In this document: positions 8,388-16,541 of the stretch, piece after piece
How the letters are laid out: each line of letters opens with the position of its first letter
Numbering within the stretch: position 1 is the stretch's first letter
The notes under the pieces: model-generated
Seen by the model: the letters and a program-made list of their open reading frames with translations, nothing else
The model's database searches: none
What the model was told of the DNA's origin: nothing
Origin: Minisyncoccota bacterium
GTDB lineage: Bacteria > Patescibacteriota > Minisyncoccia > Phycocordibacterales > UBA9973
Assembly: GCA_036405895.1 (NCBI GenBank)
Contig: DASWWS010000001.1
Location: 6,523-70,522 of the forward strand
Direction: 5' to 3'
DNA: 64,000 bases
Translations under genes and position numbers: made by a program

Positions 8388-9833
8388 TTATACGGACTTT
8401 TCAACGATATCCTGACTGCCTCTTTTGTAGCTCCATTTGTCCTCACTCCAATCAATGTGTAGTGCTGCATGGGGGATTTTTTTCTGAAGCCATTTTCCAA
8501 TTTTTTGAGCAATCACTCGAAGTGTCGCATGCACTGTTTCGCTACTGCGAAGTTCGGCAACATAAAAGCATTGGTCGATAGTCCAAGTAAAGTCTGCGTA
8601 TACTTGGAATCCCATGGGAATATAGTATTGCTTATCGATTGCTGAACAGGGAAGAGAGTTAATCTCCAGAACTAATTCTTTAATCAGTGTTTCTGCTTCA
8701 ATTCGGCTTTCTTCCGGCAAGCGTTCCAAATACCACGGGTGGAATCCAAGAGTGGTGGTCAACAAGGGCATTTTGCAGACCCCTTTTCTATGGCGTTGAA
8801 CATCGCGAAACGAGCCAAAATCAATTGGAAAACTGATATGTATCGTGCCAGCTTCTCCTGCTTCATGGGGAACTTCTGTTTTTGGCGGCCTGTTTTTTAA
8901 CAGGTCGGCATAGTACCGAATTCTGTCTTCTTTAAACATTGAATCGTCTATTGAAAAATCAGACAAGGGGGACTGAAAATAGGAAGTTTGAGATGCCCGC
9001 AGTTTAAGATACTCTTCCGTTGCGACGTAGTCCTTTTTGTTGAAACTTGCAGGGTAGGTTGCCTTAAGTCCTCCTATAGCAGTAGCGGCAATTCTCGCCA
9101 CCTCTTCGCTCGGATGATACTTAAGAATATCAAGATGGTCGCGAAGCTGTCGCACATTGCTGTGCCAGCTGACAAGAGTTGTCATACCCGCAGGAATAAA
9201 TGCCCGCATAATATCAAATGCTCTGGCACTCACCGCCTTTTCATACTGCTGTGGACTTTCTTCATCCTTTTTTGGGTTCAGCTTACGCACGTATTCCTTT
9301 ACGAGAGGCATATGCTTTTCATAAAAGGCCATCCATTGTTCTTGAATGCGCTTTCCTTTTTCTCCGGCAGAAAAATTATTTGCTGTAGAAGAAGTAAACG
9401 GGATAAACGTATGAGCCACTGATTCACCATTGATAAGACTTTCTCTTGGAATATAGACAAAATAGGTATTATCTAATCCGCCCAATGGGTTGATTATTTT
9501 TCTTCCGGTGAAATCCAGATACCGAGTACTTGCTTCTTGTCCGTTATAGAGTGACCAATTTTGCACTGCCTTTGCTGCAAGCATCGACACATTTTCAAAG
9601 TAAAGAGTGGTGCTTCCGCAATCTCCTATACTGTTGTGTCCATACCCGGAATACCACGTGCTCATAAAGCTTTCAGCACCTTTTTCTCGAATCTTTTTTA
9701 GGTGGGAAAGGATGCTTTGGGGTACGCGAGAGTACAATGCTTGAGACATTGCACCTTCTTCGGGGGGGAGCCCGTCGAGGATAATGACGTCAGCACTTCT
9801 ACGCTGTTCGTCAAAAAGTTCTTTTTCTTGCAT
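8388..9833 (-). CDS. thyX: FAD-dependent thymidylate synthase ThyX, long form with ~250-aa N-terminal extension
   Basis: C-terminal half carries the ThyX RHR motif (RDVQRHRKGV). FTWTIDQCFYVAELRSSETVHATLRVIAQKI aligns with T. maritima ThyX [30 protein letters not shown]. Confidence 0.6.
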   Translation of the reverse strand: MQEKELFDEQRRSADVIILDGLPPEEGAMSQALYSRVPQSILSHLKKIREKGAESFMSTWYSGYGHNSIGDCGSTTLYFENVSMLAAKAVQNWSLYNGQEASTRYLDFTGRKIINPLGGLDNTYFVYIPRESLINGESVAHTFIPFTSSTANNFSAGEKGKRIQEQWMAFYEKHMPLVKEYVRKLNPKKDEESPQQYEKAVSARAFDIMRAFIPAGMTTLVSWHSNVRQLRDHLDILKYHPSEEVARIAATAIGGLKATYPASFNKKDYVATEEYLKLRASQTSYFQSPLSDFSIDDSMFKEDRIRYYADLLKNRPPKTEVPHEAGEAGTIHISFPIDFGSFRDVQRHRKGVCKMPLLTTTLGFHPWYLERLPEESRIEAETLIKELVLEINSLPCSAIDKQYYIPMGFQVYADFTWTIDQCFYVAELRSSETVHATLRVIAQKIGKWLQKKIPHAALHIDWSEDKWSYKRGSQDIVEKSV

Positions 9834-9942
9834 ATTTGTTTGTTTTTAAAGAGTTTGAGATTTGTTGTTTGTCTTCACATTACGGCAAAATGCTCAAAAG
9901 TCAATCAATAAAAATCCGCCCTTCTTGGGCGGATCACTGTTG

Positions 9943-10524
9943 TCATTTCATAGGGTTATAGCCTTCTGCAACGCGAATCTTGCAAAATACTGCATAGTTT
10001 GCGATGTCGCTCGCTATCTCATCATAGTCGCCGAGCTTATCTTTTTCTTCCCGACTCTCATCGTCAGATATTTGCACAAAGCGAAGTGTTTTTATGAGCA
10101 TCATGTCAACCATGCTGCTGACTCTCATTTGGCGCCATACTTCACCATAGTCATGATTTTTTTTGGCGTACAGGCTCTCTAGTTCCGTAAGGGCTTCTTT
10201 ATACAGCGCGACGGGATCTTTTTTATAGAGAGTATCAAGATCGAGGCCGTTTTTTAGGCATCGAACTTTAATCTTTAAAAAGATGCTGTAATTAAAAATA
10301 CCAGAAAATTCAGCCTCTATTGAGTCTTCCACCAATTGAGTCTTTTTTTCTTGAATAGTGCGAATGCGCGAGACTTTTATAAAGATTTGTTCAAGGATAC
10401 TGTAGAGACGCAGTACCGTAAGAGTAGGCCCGTATTTTTTATGTTTCTCTTCAAATTCAGGAAGAGAAGATCTGACCATGTCAGCATACGTAAGTGTAGG
10501 CATAAGTTCTTCGTTCATTTTCAA
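9943..10524 (-). CDS. Hypothetical protein co-transcribed upstream of thyX (conserved KNHDYGEVWRQM motif)
   Basis: 193-aa ORF on the same strand 110 nt upstream of thyX. No family recognised with confidence. Confidence 0.4.
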   Translation of the reverse strand: MKMNEELMPTLTYADMVRSSLPEFEEKHKKYGPTLTVLRLYSILEQIFIKVSRIRTIQEKKTQLVEDSIEAEFSGIFNYSIFLKIKVRCLKNGLDLDTLYKKDPVALYKEALTELESLYAKKNHDYGEVWRQMRVSSMVDMMLIKTLRFVQISDDESREEKDKLGDYDEIASDIANYAVFCKIRVAEGYNPMK

Positions 10525-10604
10525 GGGGTTTTACGCAATTATACAAATATCCTCCCTCTAAGCAAGACAGATGCAAAAGCGCGCTTTTCTGGTATAGTTT
10601 TGTC

Positions 10605-12266
10605 ATGGAAGAAACTATTAGAACCCTTGTTGCAGATGCGCTCAAAGATTCCTTTGGGCTTGAGGGTATAGCAATTGTGGTTGAGGAGCCAAAGGACCTC
10701 GCGCACGGCGACTATGCTACAAGCGTCGCTCTGTCTGTATCAAAAACGCTTGAGAAAAATCCAAGGGAAATTGCCAACACTCTTGCGGCTCTTCTTAATG
10801 AGAAAAAGGGAAATGACATAGCAGAAGTTACGGTTGCAGGACCGGGCTTTATTAACTTCACCCTCGCACCTGTTTATTTCGCCAAAACCCTTGAAACCAT
10901 TCTCGAGAAACAGAATGAATGGGGGAGCAATGAATTGCACAAAGGCAAAAAGATTTTGGTGGAGCACTCAAGCCCCAACCTCTTTAAGCCCTTTCACATC
11001 GGCCACGTGATGAACAACACAATAGGGCAGTCGCTTGTGGAGCTTGCTCGCGCATCCGGTGCGGCGGTGACTACCACTTCATTTCCGTCCGATATTTCGC
11101 TCGGAGTGGCGAAAGCCATTTTCATTCTTCTTGAAAAGGGAAATGCAGAGATTTCTATTGACATGCTCGGACAGGCGTATGTTGAGGGCACAAAGCGCTA
11201 CGATGAAGACGAGACAACTCATATGCGCATCAAGGAAATAGCAGATCATTTGTACGCACAAACACCATCAGATGAATACGAATTTTTTCAGGCCTGCAAG
11301 GCACTCAATATCGCATACTTCGAAAGCATTCTTTCTCGCTTAGGATCTGATTTTGACTCGTACATCTATGAAAGCGAAGCAGGGGTAGAAGGAAAGAAAA
11401 TCGTACTTAAGAATACTCCAGGTGTATTTACCGAGAGCGAGGGTGCAGTCGTGTATGTACCGGCTGAAGATCGCAAAGACATTAATACTGCAGTATTCAT
11501 CAACTCTCAAGGCAACCCGACATATGAAGCAAAAGATATTGGGCTTCTTTCAATGAAGTTTAATCGCTATGCGCCTGACCTGTCGCTTTTTGTTACCGAC
11601 AACCAGCAGGTTCCGCACTTTGCAGTGGTGCTTGATGCAGCAAAGCATATCAATGATGAGTGGGCATCCAAGAGCATCCATATCCACCACGGGCGCATGT
11701 CATTCAAGGGTGAAAAAATGTCGTCGCGTCTTGGCGGGGTACCCGTTGCTCAGGAGATGATGGACGCTGTTGGCGAGGAAGCTGCTGTGCGGGCAAAGGA
11801 TAAAGATATCGTACAAGCAGACGCGATAGCGATAGCGGCAATCAAGTTTTCAATCCTTCGTGCAGCGGCAGGAAAGGATATCAACTTCGACCCGGAAACT
11901 TCGCTTTCGTTTGAAGGCGACTCAGGGCCATACCTGCAGTATTCAACCGTGCGCGCACAATCTATTCTTGCAAAAGGAGGAGTCGGTACTCCAGTACTTC
12001 CCGAGAATTGGACTACAACTACTCTTGAAAAACAGCTCATCCATTTTCCGGAAGTAGTGGCGCACGCAATAGAGGAGTGGTCCCCGCACTTTTTAGTGAC
12101 CTATCTGCTCGAGCTCTCTCAGAGCTTCAACAGCTGGTACGGCAACACCAAAGTGATTGATGACACTGCCGAGTCTCCTTACAAACTTGCCCTTACCGCC
12201 GCTTTTGCGCAAACAATGAAAAACGGCCTGAAACTCCTCGCCCTCCCATTGCCCTCAAAAATGTAA
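10605..12266 (+). CDS. argS: Arginyl-tRNA synthetase
   Basis: Class I HIGH motif (PFHIGHVMN), KMSK-like KMSSR, ArgRS-type N-terminal domain and C-terminal ...KM end. 553 aa. Confidence 0.8.
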   Translation: MEETIRTLVADALKDSFGLEGIAIVVEEPKDLAHGDYATSVALSVSKTLEKNPREIANTLAALLNEKKGNDIAEVTVAGPGFINFTLAPVYFAKTLETILEKQNEWGSNELHKGKKILVEHSSPNLFKPFHIGHVMNNTIGQSLVELARASGAAVTTTSFPSDISLGVAKAIFILLEKGNAEISIDMLGQAYVEGTKRYDEDETTHMRIKEIADHLYAQTPSDEYEFFQACKALNIAYFESILSRLGSDFDSYIYESEAGVEGKKIVLKNTPGVFTESEGAVVYVPAEDRKDINTAVFINSQGNPTYEAKDIGLLSMKFNRYAPDLSLFVTDNQQVPHFAVVLDAAKHINDEWASKSIHIHHGRMSFKGEKMSSRLGGVPVAQEMMDAVGEEAAVRAKDKDIVQADAIAIAAIKFSILRAAAGKDINFDPETSLSFEGDSGPYLQYSTVRAQSILAKGGVGTPVLPENWTTTTLEKQLIHFPEVVAHAIEEWSPHFLVTYLLELSQSFNSWYGNTKVIDDTAESPYKLALTAAFAQTMKNGLKLLALPLPSKM

Positions 12267-12291
12267 CCTAACGAGGACGGTCCTCGTTAGG
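12267..12291. repeat. REP-like palindrome copy 2 (5' flank of RAYT gene)
   Basis: CCTAACGAGGAC-G-GTCCTCGTTAGG, same core as 4643. Confidence 0.75.
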
Positions 12292-12338
12292 TAGATTTCT
12301 TGAAAAGTATTTCATCTTCGAAATGGTATACAGGAATA

Positions 12339-13022
12339 ATGAAACGAAAAGAACCGTTTGTTATCGGAGAGTATTACCATATTTATAATAGAGGAATTGA
12401 TAAGCGTATTATCTTTTTGGATACACAAGACTATCGGAGATTTGTACAGCTGTTGTATGTAGCAAACAGTACCAATAGCTTTGAGTTGGGAAATTTTTTC
12501 ATTAACAATAAAAAAACTTTTGAAGACCTTTTTCATATAGAAAGAGGAGAGCCGTTGGTGGCAATAGGGGCGTGGGCTTTGATGCCTAACCATTTTCATT
12601 TAGTGGTGCGGGAGTGTACTGAAGGCGGCATTACTACCTTTATGAAAAAACTCGGAACGGCGTACTCGATGTATTTCAATATAAAGTACAAAAGAACAGG
12701 AAGCTTGTTTGGAGGACTGTTTAAGTCAAAACATATTGAAACAGATATTTATCTTCAGCACCTGTTCGGCTATGTGCATCTTAACGCGCTTGATCTTATG
12801 GATAGCTACTGGGAGTCTTCAATAACGGAGAGCTTGCCTTCCATGTGGATGAGTTTTCTTACCAAGTACAGCTATTCAAGCTTTCATGAATACAACACCA
12901 CTGAGGCACGATTAGAATCAAACATTTTAGATAAGGAGAAATTCCCCGAGTATTTTGCAGACACGCATTCTTTTGAAAACTTTGTTACCAACTACCTTAT
13001 GTATCGGGAGGAGCTCACCTAA
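12339..13022 (+). CDS. IS200/IS605-family Y1 (HUH) transposase of the REP-associated RAYT type
   Basis: HUH motif NHFHLVV. The catalytic-Tyr region QHLFGYVHLNALDL aligns with E. coli RayT HHVDYIHINPLKHG. N-terminal YHIYNRG. Flanked by inverted REP copies. Confidence 0.7.
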   Translation: MKRKEPFVIGEYYHIYNRGIDKRIIFLDTQDYRRFVQLLYVANSTNSFELGNFFINNKKTFEDLFHIERGEPLVAIGAWALMPNHFHLVVRECTEGGITTFMKKLGTAYSMYFNIKYKRTGSLFGGLFKSKHIETDIYLQHLFGYVHLNALDLMDSYWESSITESLPSMWMSFLTKYSYSSFHEYNTTEARLESNILDKEKFPEYFADTHSFENFVTNYLMYREELT

Positions 13023-13042
13023 CGAGGACCGTCCTCGTTAGG
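13018..13042. repeat. REP-like palindrome copy 3 (3' flank of RAYT gene, opposite orientation, centre C)
   Basis: CCTAACGAGGAC-C-GTCCTCGTTAGG overlapping the RAYT stop codon. Confidence 0.75.
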
Positions 13043-13092
13043 CTGGCCCGGGTGGATTGATTAAATAGGGGGGAGAGGGTACTATTGGGGAC

Positions 13093-13569
13093 ATGATACA
13101 CGAAACAGAAGAGCGAAGCCTTATTATCATCAAGCCCGACGCAATCCAGCGCAGCTTGGTGGGGCAAATTATTACCCGTTTTGAAAATAAAGGATTGAAA
13201 ATTATCGGCTTAAAAATGATGCACCTTTCGGATGTTGTAGTGGAAGACCACTACAGCCACATCAAAGACAAGCCCTTTTTCCCGCGCATTAAGAAGTTTA
13301 TGACCTCGTCTCCGGTAATTGTGATGGCAGTTGCGGGAATCAAGGCAATCGACAGCATCCGCATCATTGTCGGCCCTACAAAAAGCTATGAAGCAGCAGC
13401 AGGAACGCTTCGCGGGGACTTGGCGCTTTCAATGCAGTCCAATGTTGTGCACGCATCTGACACCATAGAGAACGCTCAAGCCGAGATTAAGCGCTTTTTT
13501 GAGGATAATGAGATCGTTGACTACGATAAAATTGACACCACCTACATCTTTTCTGACGAATTGATGTAA
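13093..13569 (+). CDS. ndk: Nucleoside diphosphate kinase
   Basis: ERSLIIIKPDAIQR and NVVHASD (active-site His) are present. Length is typical. Confidence 0.9.
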   Translation: MIHETEERSLIIIKPDAIQRSLVGQIITRFENKGLKIIGLKMMHLSDVVVEDHYSHIKDKPFFPRIKKFMTSSPVIVMAVAGIKAIDSIRIIVGPTKSYEAAAGTLRGDLALSMQSNVVHASDTIENAQAEIKRFFEDNEIVDYDKIDTTYIFSDELM

Positions 13570-13779
13570 GACCTCAATTTTTCTTCCTGTCTATCTTGTT
13601 CGAAGGTACTGTTTCGGTATAATGAAAGTACGGCTATTGATTTATAGTGCCTAGAACAATTGGTATATGGGGAGTCGTGTGGTGAGTTTTGCGTCAGAAT
13701 TTTTATCGCGGCGTTTCTCGCATCCAGACACCCCACTTGGCTTTCTGCTAAGGCACTATCCATCAATAGCCGTAATGAA

Positions 13780-13815
13780 GAACCCATGTGCGCTCTGCAC
13801 ATGGGTTCTTTGTTT
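13780..13815 (+). terminator. Strong hairpin plus T-run (terminator or attenuator) in the ORF-free region after ndk
   Basis: GAACCCATGTGC-gctct-GCACATGGGTTC (12-bp stem) followed by TTTGTTTTC. Confidence 0.55.
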
Positions 13816-13819
13816 TCTG

Positions 13820-14269
13820 ATGTATACTTTGAGCATGATACAAACCGGTTTACAAAAGCGTTTGGCTGTTGTTTCACTCTTTTTTATCCTCCTGATGCTC
13901 GGCCTGCACCTGGCCGCAAATGCTTTTTATTGGTACGTCTCGATACAATGGTACGACATGATGATGCACGCTCTTGGAGGGGTGTTTTTGGCCGTTTTTA
14001 CAGCAGCATTTTTCTATAAACATATCCTGGAAATGAACCGGTACGAGACCTTTGTCACACTGTTGCTTGCGGTGATGATAGTGGGGGGCGCCTGGGAGTA
14101 TTTTGAATACGCAGTGCAGTATGTGTTCAAGGGGTCTATGATGCTCGCCGAATTTCCAGACTCTGTTTCTGATATGGTATGCGACATGGCAGGGGGAATG
14201 CTCGGGACGTATTTTGTGTTACGCCAGAAGAAACGGTACAATGGTACCGATGGAAACGATTTTAAATAA
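13820..14269 (+). CDS. Hypothetical polytopic membrane protein
   Basis: Several hydrophobic helices. Start placed after the upstream hairpin (the ORF is open from 13667, so the start is uncertain). Confidence 0.35.
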   Translation: MYTLSMIQTGLQKRLAVVSLFFILLMLGLHLAANAFYWYVSIQWYDMMMHALGGVFLAVFTAAFFYKHILEMNRYETFVTLLLAVMIVGGAWEYFEYAVQYVFKGSMMLAEFPDSVSDMVCDMAGGMLGTYFVLRQKKRYNGTDGNDFK

Positions 14270-15638
14270 AACACTCAAAGTAACATTCGCCGGAGGCACA
14301 GGGTCAGTGACAGGGGCGAATTTTTTGCTCGAAGGCACTGACAGTGAGGGCTCAAAGAAATTCCTTGTCGATTGCGGGCTCACCCAAGGTTCAAAAATTG
14401 CAGACGACAAAAACTGGGAAGCGTTTATCTACGACCCTAAGAGCATTGATATCCTCTTTATTACGCATGCGCACATCGACCACATCGGCCGCATTCCAAA
14501 ACTTATCTTCGACGGCTTTGATGGCGAGATTGTTTCAACCATTCCAACAAAAGAAATCACGGAGTTAATGCTCGAAGACACGGTGAATATTCTTTCTCGC
14601 AGCGATGACGAGCGGCTGCAAAAAATCTACACGCCGGCAATGCTTGAAAAAGTAATGCGCAAGTGGAAGACGCTTGATTACCATCAAGATATGAAAGTAG
14701 GGGACTTTGTCTTTCGCTATCGCGATGCGGGGCACATCCTCGGCTCCGGCATGCTTGAGGTCATCTACAACAACAAGAAAATCATTTTCACTGGAGACTT
14801 GGGCAATTCGCCGTCGCCACTATTGCGCGATACTGAAGTTTTGAAAAACGTGGACTACCTTATTATGGAAAGCGTCTATGGCGACCGCAACCACATCGAC
14901 CGCCTTGAGCGCCGAACGCGATTGGAAGAAGCCCTTGAAGACAACTACAAGCGAAAGGGTACGCTTATTATCCCAACGTTTTCTCTCGAACGTGCACAAG
15001 AGCTGTTGTTTGAAATCAACGAACTGGTTGAAAACCACCGCATTCCGCAGATGCCGATATTCTTTGATTCTCCGCTTGCGATTAAGCTCACAAAAGTTTA
15101 TGGAAAGTACGCAAAGTATTTTAATGCATTTGCGCAAAAACAAATTGGAGAAGGGGATGACATTTTTAATTTCCCGGGCTTGAAAAGCACACTCCTTACC
15201 GAAGAATCAAAACAGATTCTTTATGAACACAACCCTAAAATAGTAATCGCAGGCTCCGGCATGAGCAATGGCGGGCGCATCCTGCACCACGAAGCGCATT
15301 ATTTGCCCGACCCAAAGAACACGCTTTTGCTGACAGGATATCAGTCTGTCGGAACATTGGGGCGCATTATTCAAGACGGTGCAAAGCAAGTGCAGATCAA
15401 CCATCAAATGGTGGCTGTGCGCGCAAACATTGTATTTATCAACGGCTACTCCGGGCACAAAGACTCCGATCACCTTATCGAATTTGTGGAGGCTATTGCC
15501 GACACGGTAAAGAAAGTATATGTCGTGATGGGCGAACCGAAGTCATCGCTCTTTCTCACGCAGCGCCTGCGCGACTACCTTGGCGTAAAAGCATACGCGC
15601 CGGAAGAAGGTGATGTGGTAGAATTGGACTGTAATTAA
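14241..15638 (+). CDS. Metallo-beta-lactamase-fold hydrolase of the beta-CASP family (RNase J/CPSF-like)
   Basis: HxHxDH motif (ITHAHIDHIG). beta-CASP-like C-terminal region with conserved His (YSGHKDSDH). Confidence 0.7.
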   Translation: MVPMETILNKTLKVTFAGGTGSVTGANFLLEGTDSEGSKKFLVDCGLTQGSKIADDKNWEAFIYDPKSIDILFITHAHIDHIGRIPKLIFDGFDGEIVSTIPTKEITELMLEDTVNILSRSDDERLQKIYTPAMLEKVMRKWKTLDYHQDMKVGDFVFRYRDAGHILGSGMLEVIYNNKKIIFTGDLGNSPSPLLRDTEVLKNVDYLIMESVYGDRNHIDRLERRTRLEEALEDNYKRKGTLIIPTFSLERAQELLFEINELVENHRIPQMPIFFDSPLAIKLTKVYGKYAKYFNAFAQKQIGEGDDIFNFPGLKSTLLTEESKQILYEHNPKIVIAGSGMSNGGRILHHEAHYLPDPKNTLLLTGYQSVGTLGRIIQDGAKQVQINHQMVAVRANIVFINGYSGHKDSDHLIEFVEAIADTVKKVYVVMGEPKSSLFLTQRLRDYLGVKAYAPEEGDVVELDCN

Positions 15639-15655
15639 TTCTTTCAATTATTTTA

Positions 15656-16309
15656 ATGCACGAAGAAATCGCAACACCACAATATTATTACAACGGACCG
15701 CTTGAAACATCAGACAAGCACGGCCATTTGCGCATGAAAATTGGCATCAGCGGAGCGGCTGAAACAGGACACTGCGGACTCAATGCGCTTGAACAAGCAA
15801 AAGAATTGGGCCGCCAGGTCATCAAGCAAGGGGGCATTGTGGTCACTGGTGCAACCACCGGCTTTCCATTGTGGGCTGCAATGGGCGCAAAAGAAGAGCG
15901 CGGTGTATCTATCGGGCTCTCACCGGCAGGAAGCCAGAAAGAACACTTGGAAACCTACCGGCTTCCTGTCGACTATATGGACCTCATTATCTACACAGGC
16001 TTTGGCTTCCCGGGGCGCGACTTGTTGTTTACTCGCAGTTGCGACGCAGTTGTTATTGGGTGCGGGCGCATCGGCACCATACACGAATTCACCATTGCCT
16101 ATGAAGATGGAAAGCCTGTTGGTATTTTGGAAGGGCCATGGACGATGGACGAGCAGATTCGCGACTTGATGGAAAAAAGCAATCGTCCATCGGATAGGGT
16201 CATTTACGACAGTGACCCAAAGCGCTTAATCGAGCGACTCGTGCAAATGGTGGATACCGACCGAAGAGGGCTTGAACGACACCCGGTAGAGACCAAGAGC
16301 ATTCAATAA
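15656..16309 (+). CDS. TIGR00725/LOG-like Rossmann-fold (SLOG) protein
   Basis: KIGISGAAETG...GGIVVTGATTG...DAVVIGCGRIGTIHEF pattern. The true start may be the internal MKIGISG. Confidence 0.45.
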   Translation: MHEEIATPQYYYNGPLETSDKHGHLRMKIGISGAAETGHCGLNALEQAKELGRQVIKQGGIVVTGATTGFPLWAAMGAKEERGVSIGLSPAGSQKEHLETYRLPVDYMDLIIYTGFGFPGRDLLFTRSCDAVVIGCGRIGTIHEFTIAYEDGKPVGILEGPWTMDEQIRDLMEKSNRPSDRVIYDSDPKRLIERLVQMVDTDRRGLERHPVETKSIQ

Positions 16310-16324
16310 TGGATTTTTGCCCAG

Positions 16325-16530
16325 ATTCCAGTATACTGGGCATATAAGCGCTGACGGGGCTATCACCCCTGAGCTTCGGGAAGAACCTCGCAAGAGTAGT
16401 AGACCCCGGCGGGTATGCCCGTTACAGCAGTAACAAGCCCCGCAGAGCGGGGGAAACAAGGTGGTACCACGAGCAGAAACTCGTCCTTGAATTGTGACTT
16501 TATTGTCATTATTCGTGGACGAGTTTTTAT
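16325..16530 (+). promoter_or_regulatory. T-box-like riboswitch leader upstream of ileS
   Basis: GGTGGTACCACGAG at 16461-16474 resembles the T-box consensus GGUGGNACCGCG. An F-box-like CCGTTA sits at about 16428. A possible AUCA specifier lies in the GGGGctATCAcccc hairpin. An AACTCGTCC/GGACGAGTT stem with a T-run at 16477-16528 could be the terminator. Confidence 0.55.
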
Positions 16531-16541
16531 TTTTATATTTT

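Noticed and set aside
15741-16169. Alternative-frame ORFs (142 and 77 aa) overlapping the TIGR00725-like gene
   Set aside because: Same-strand frame-shifted overlaps with Arg/Ala-rich artefact composition. The main frame has the conserved Rossmann glycine motifs.
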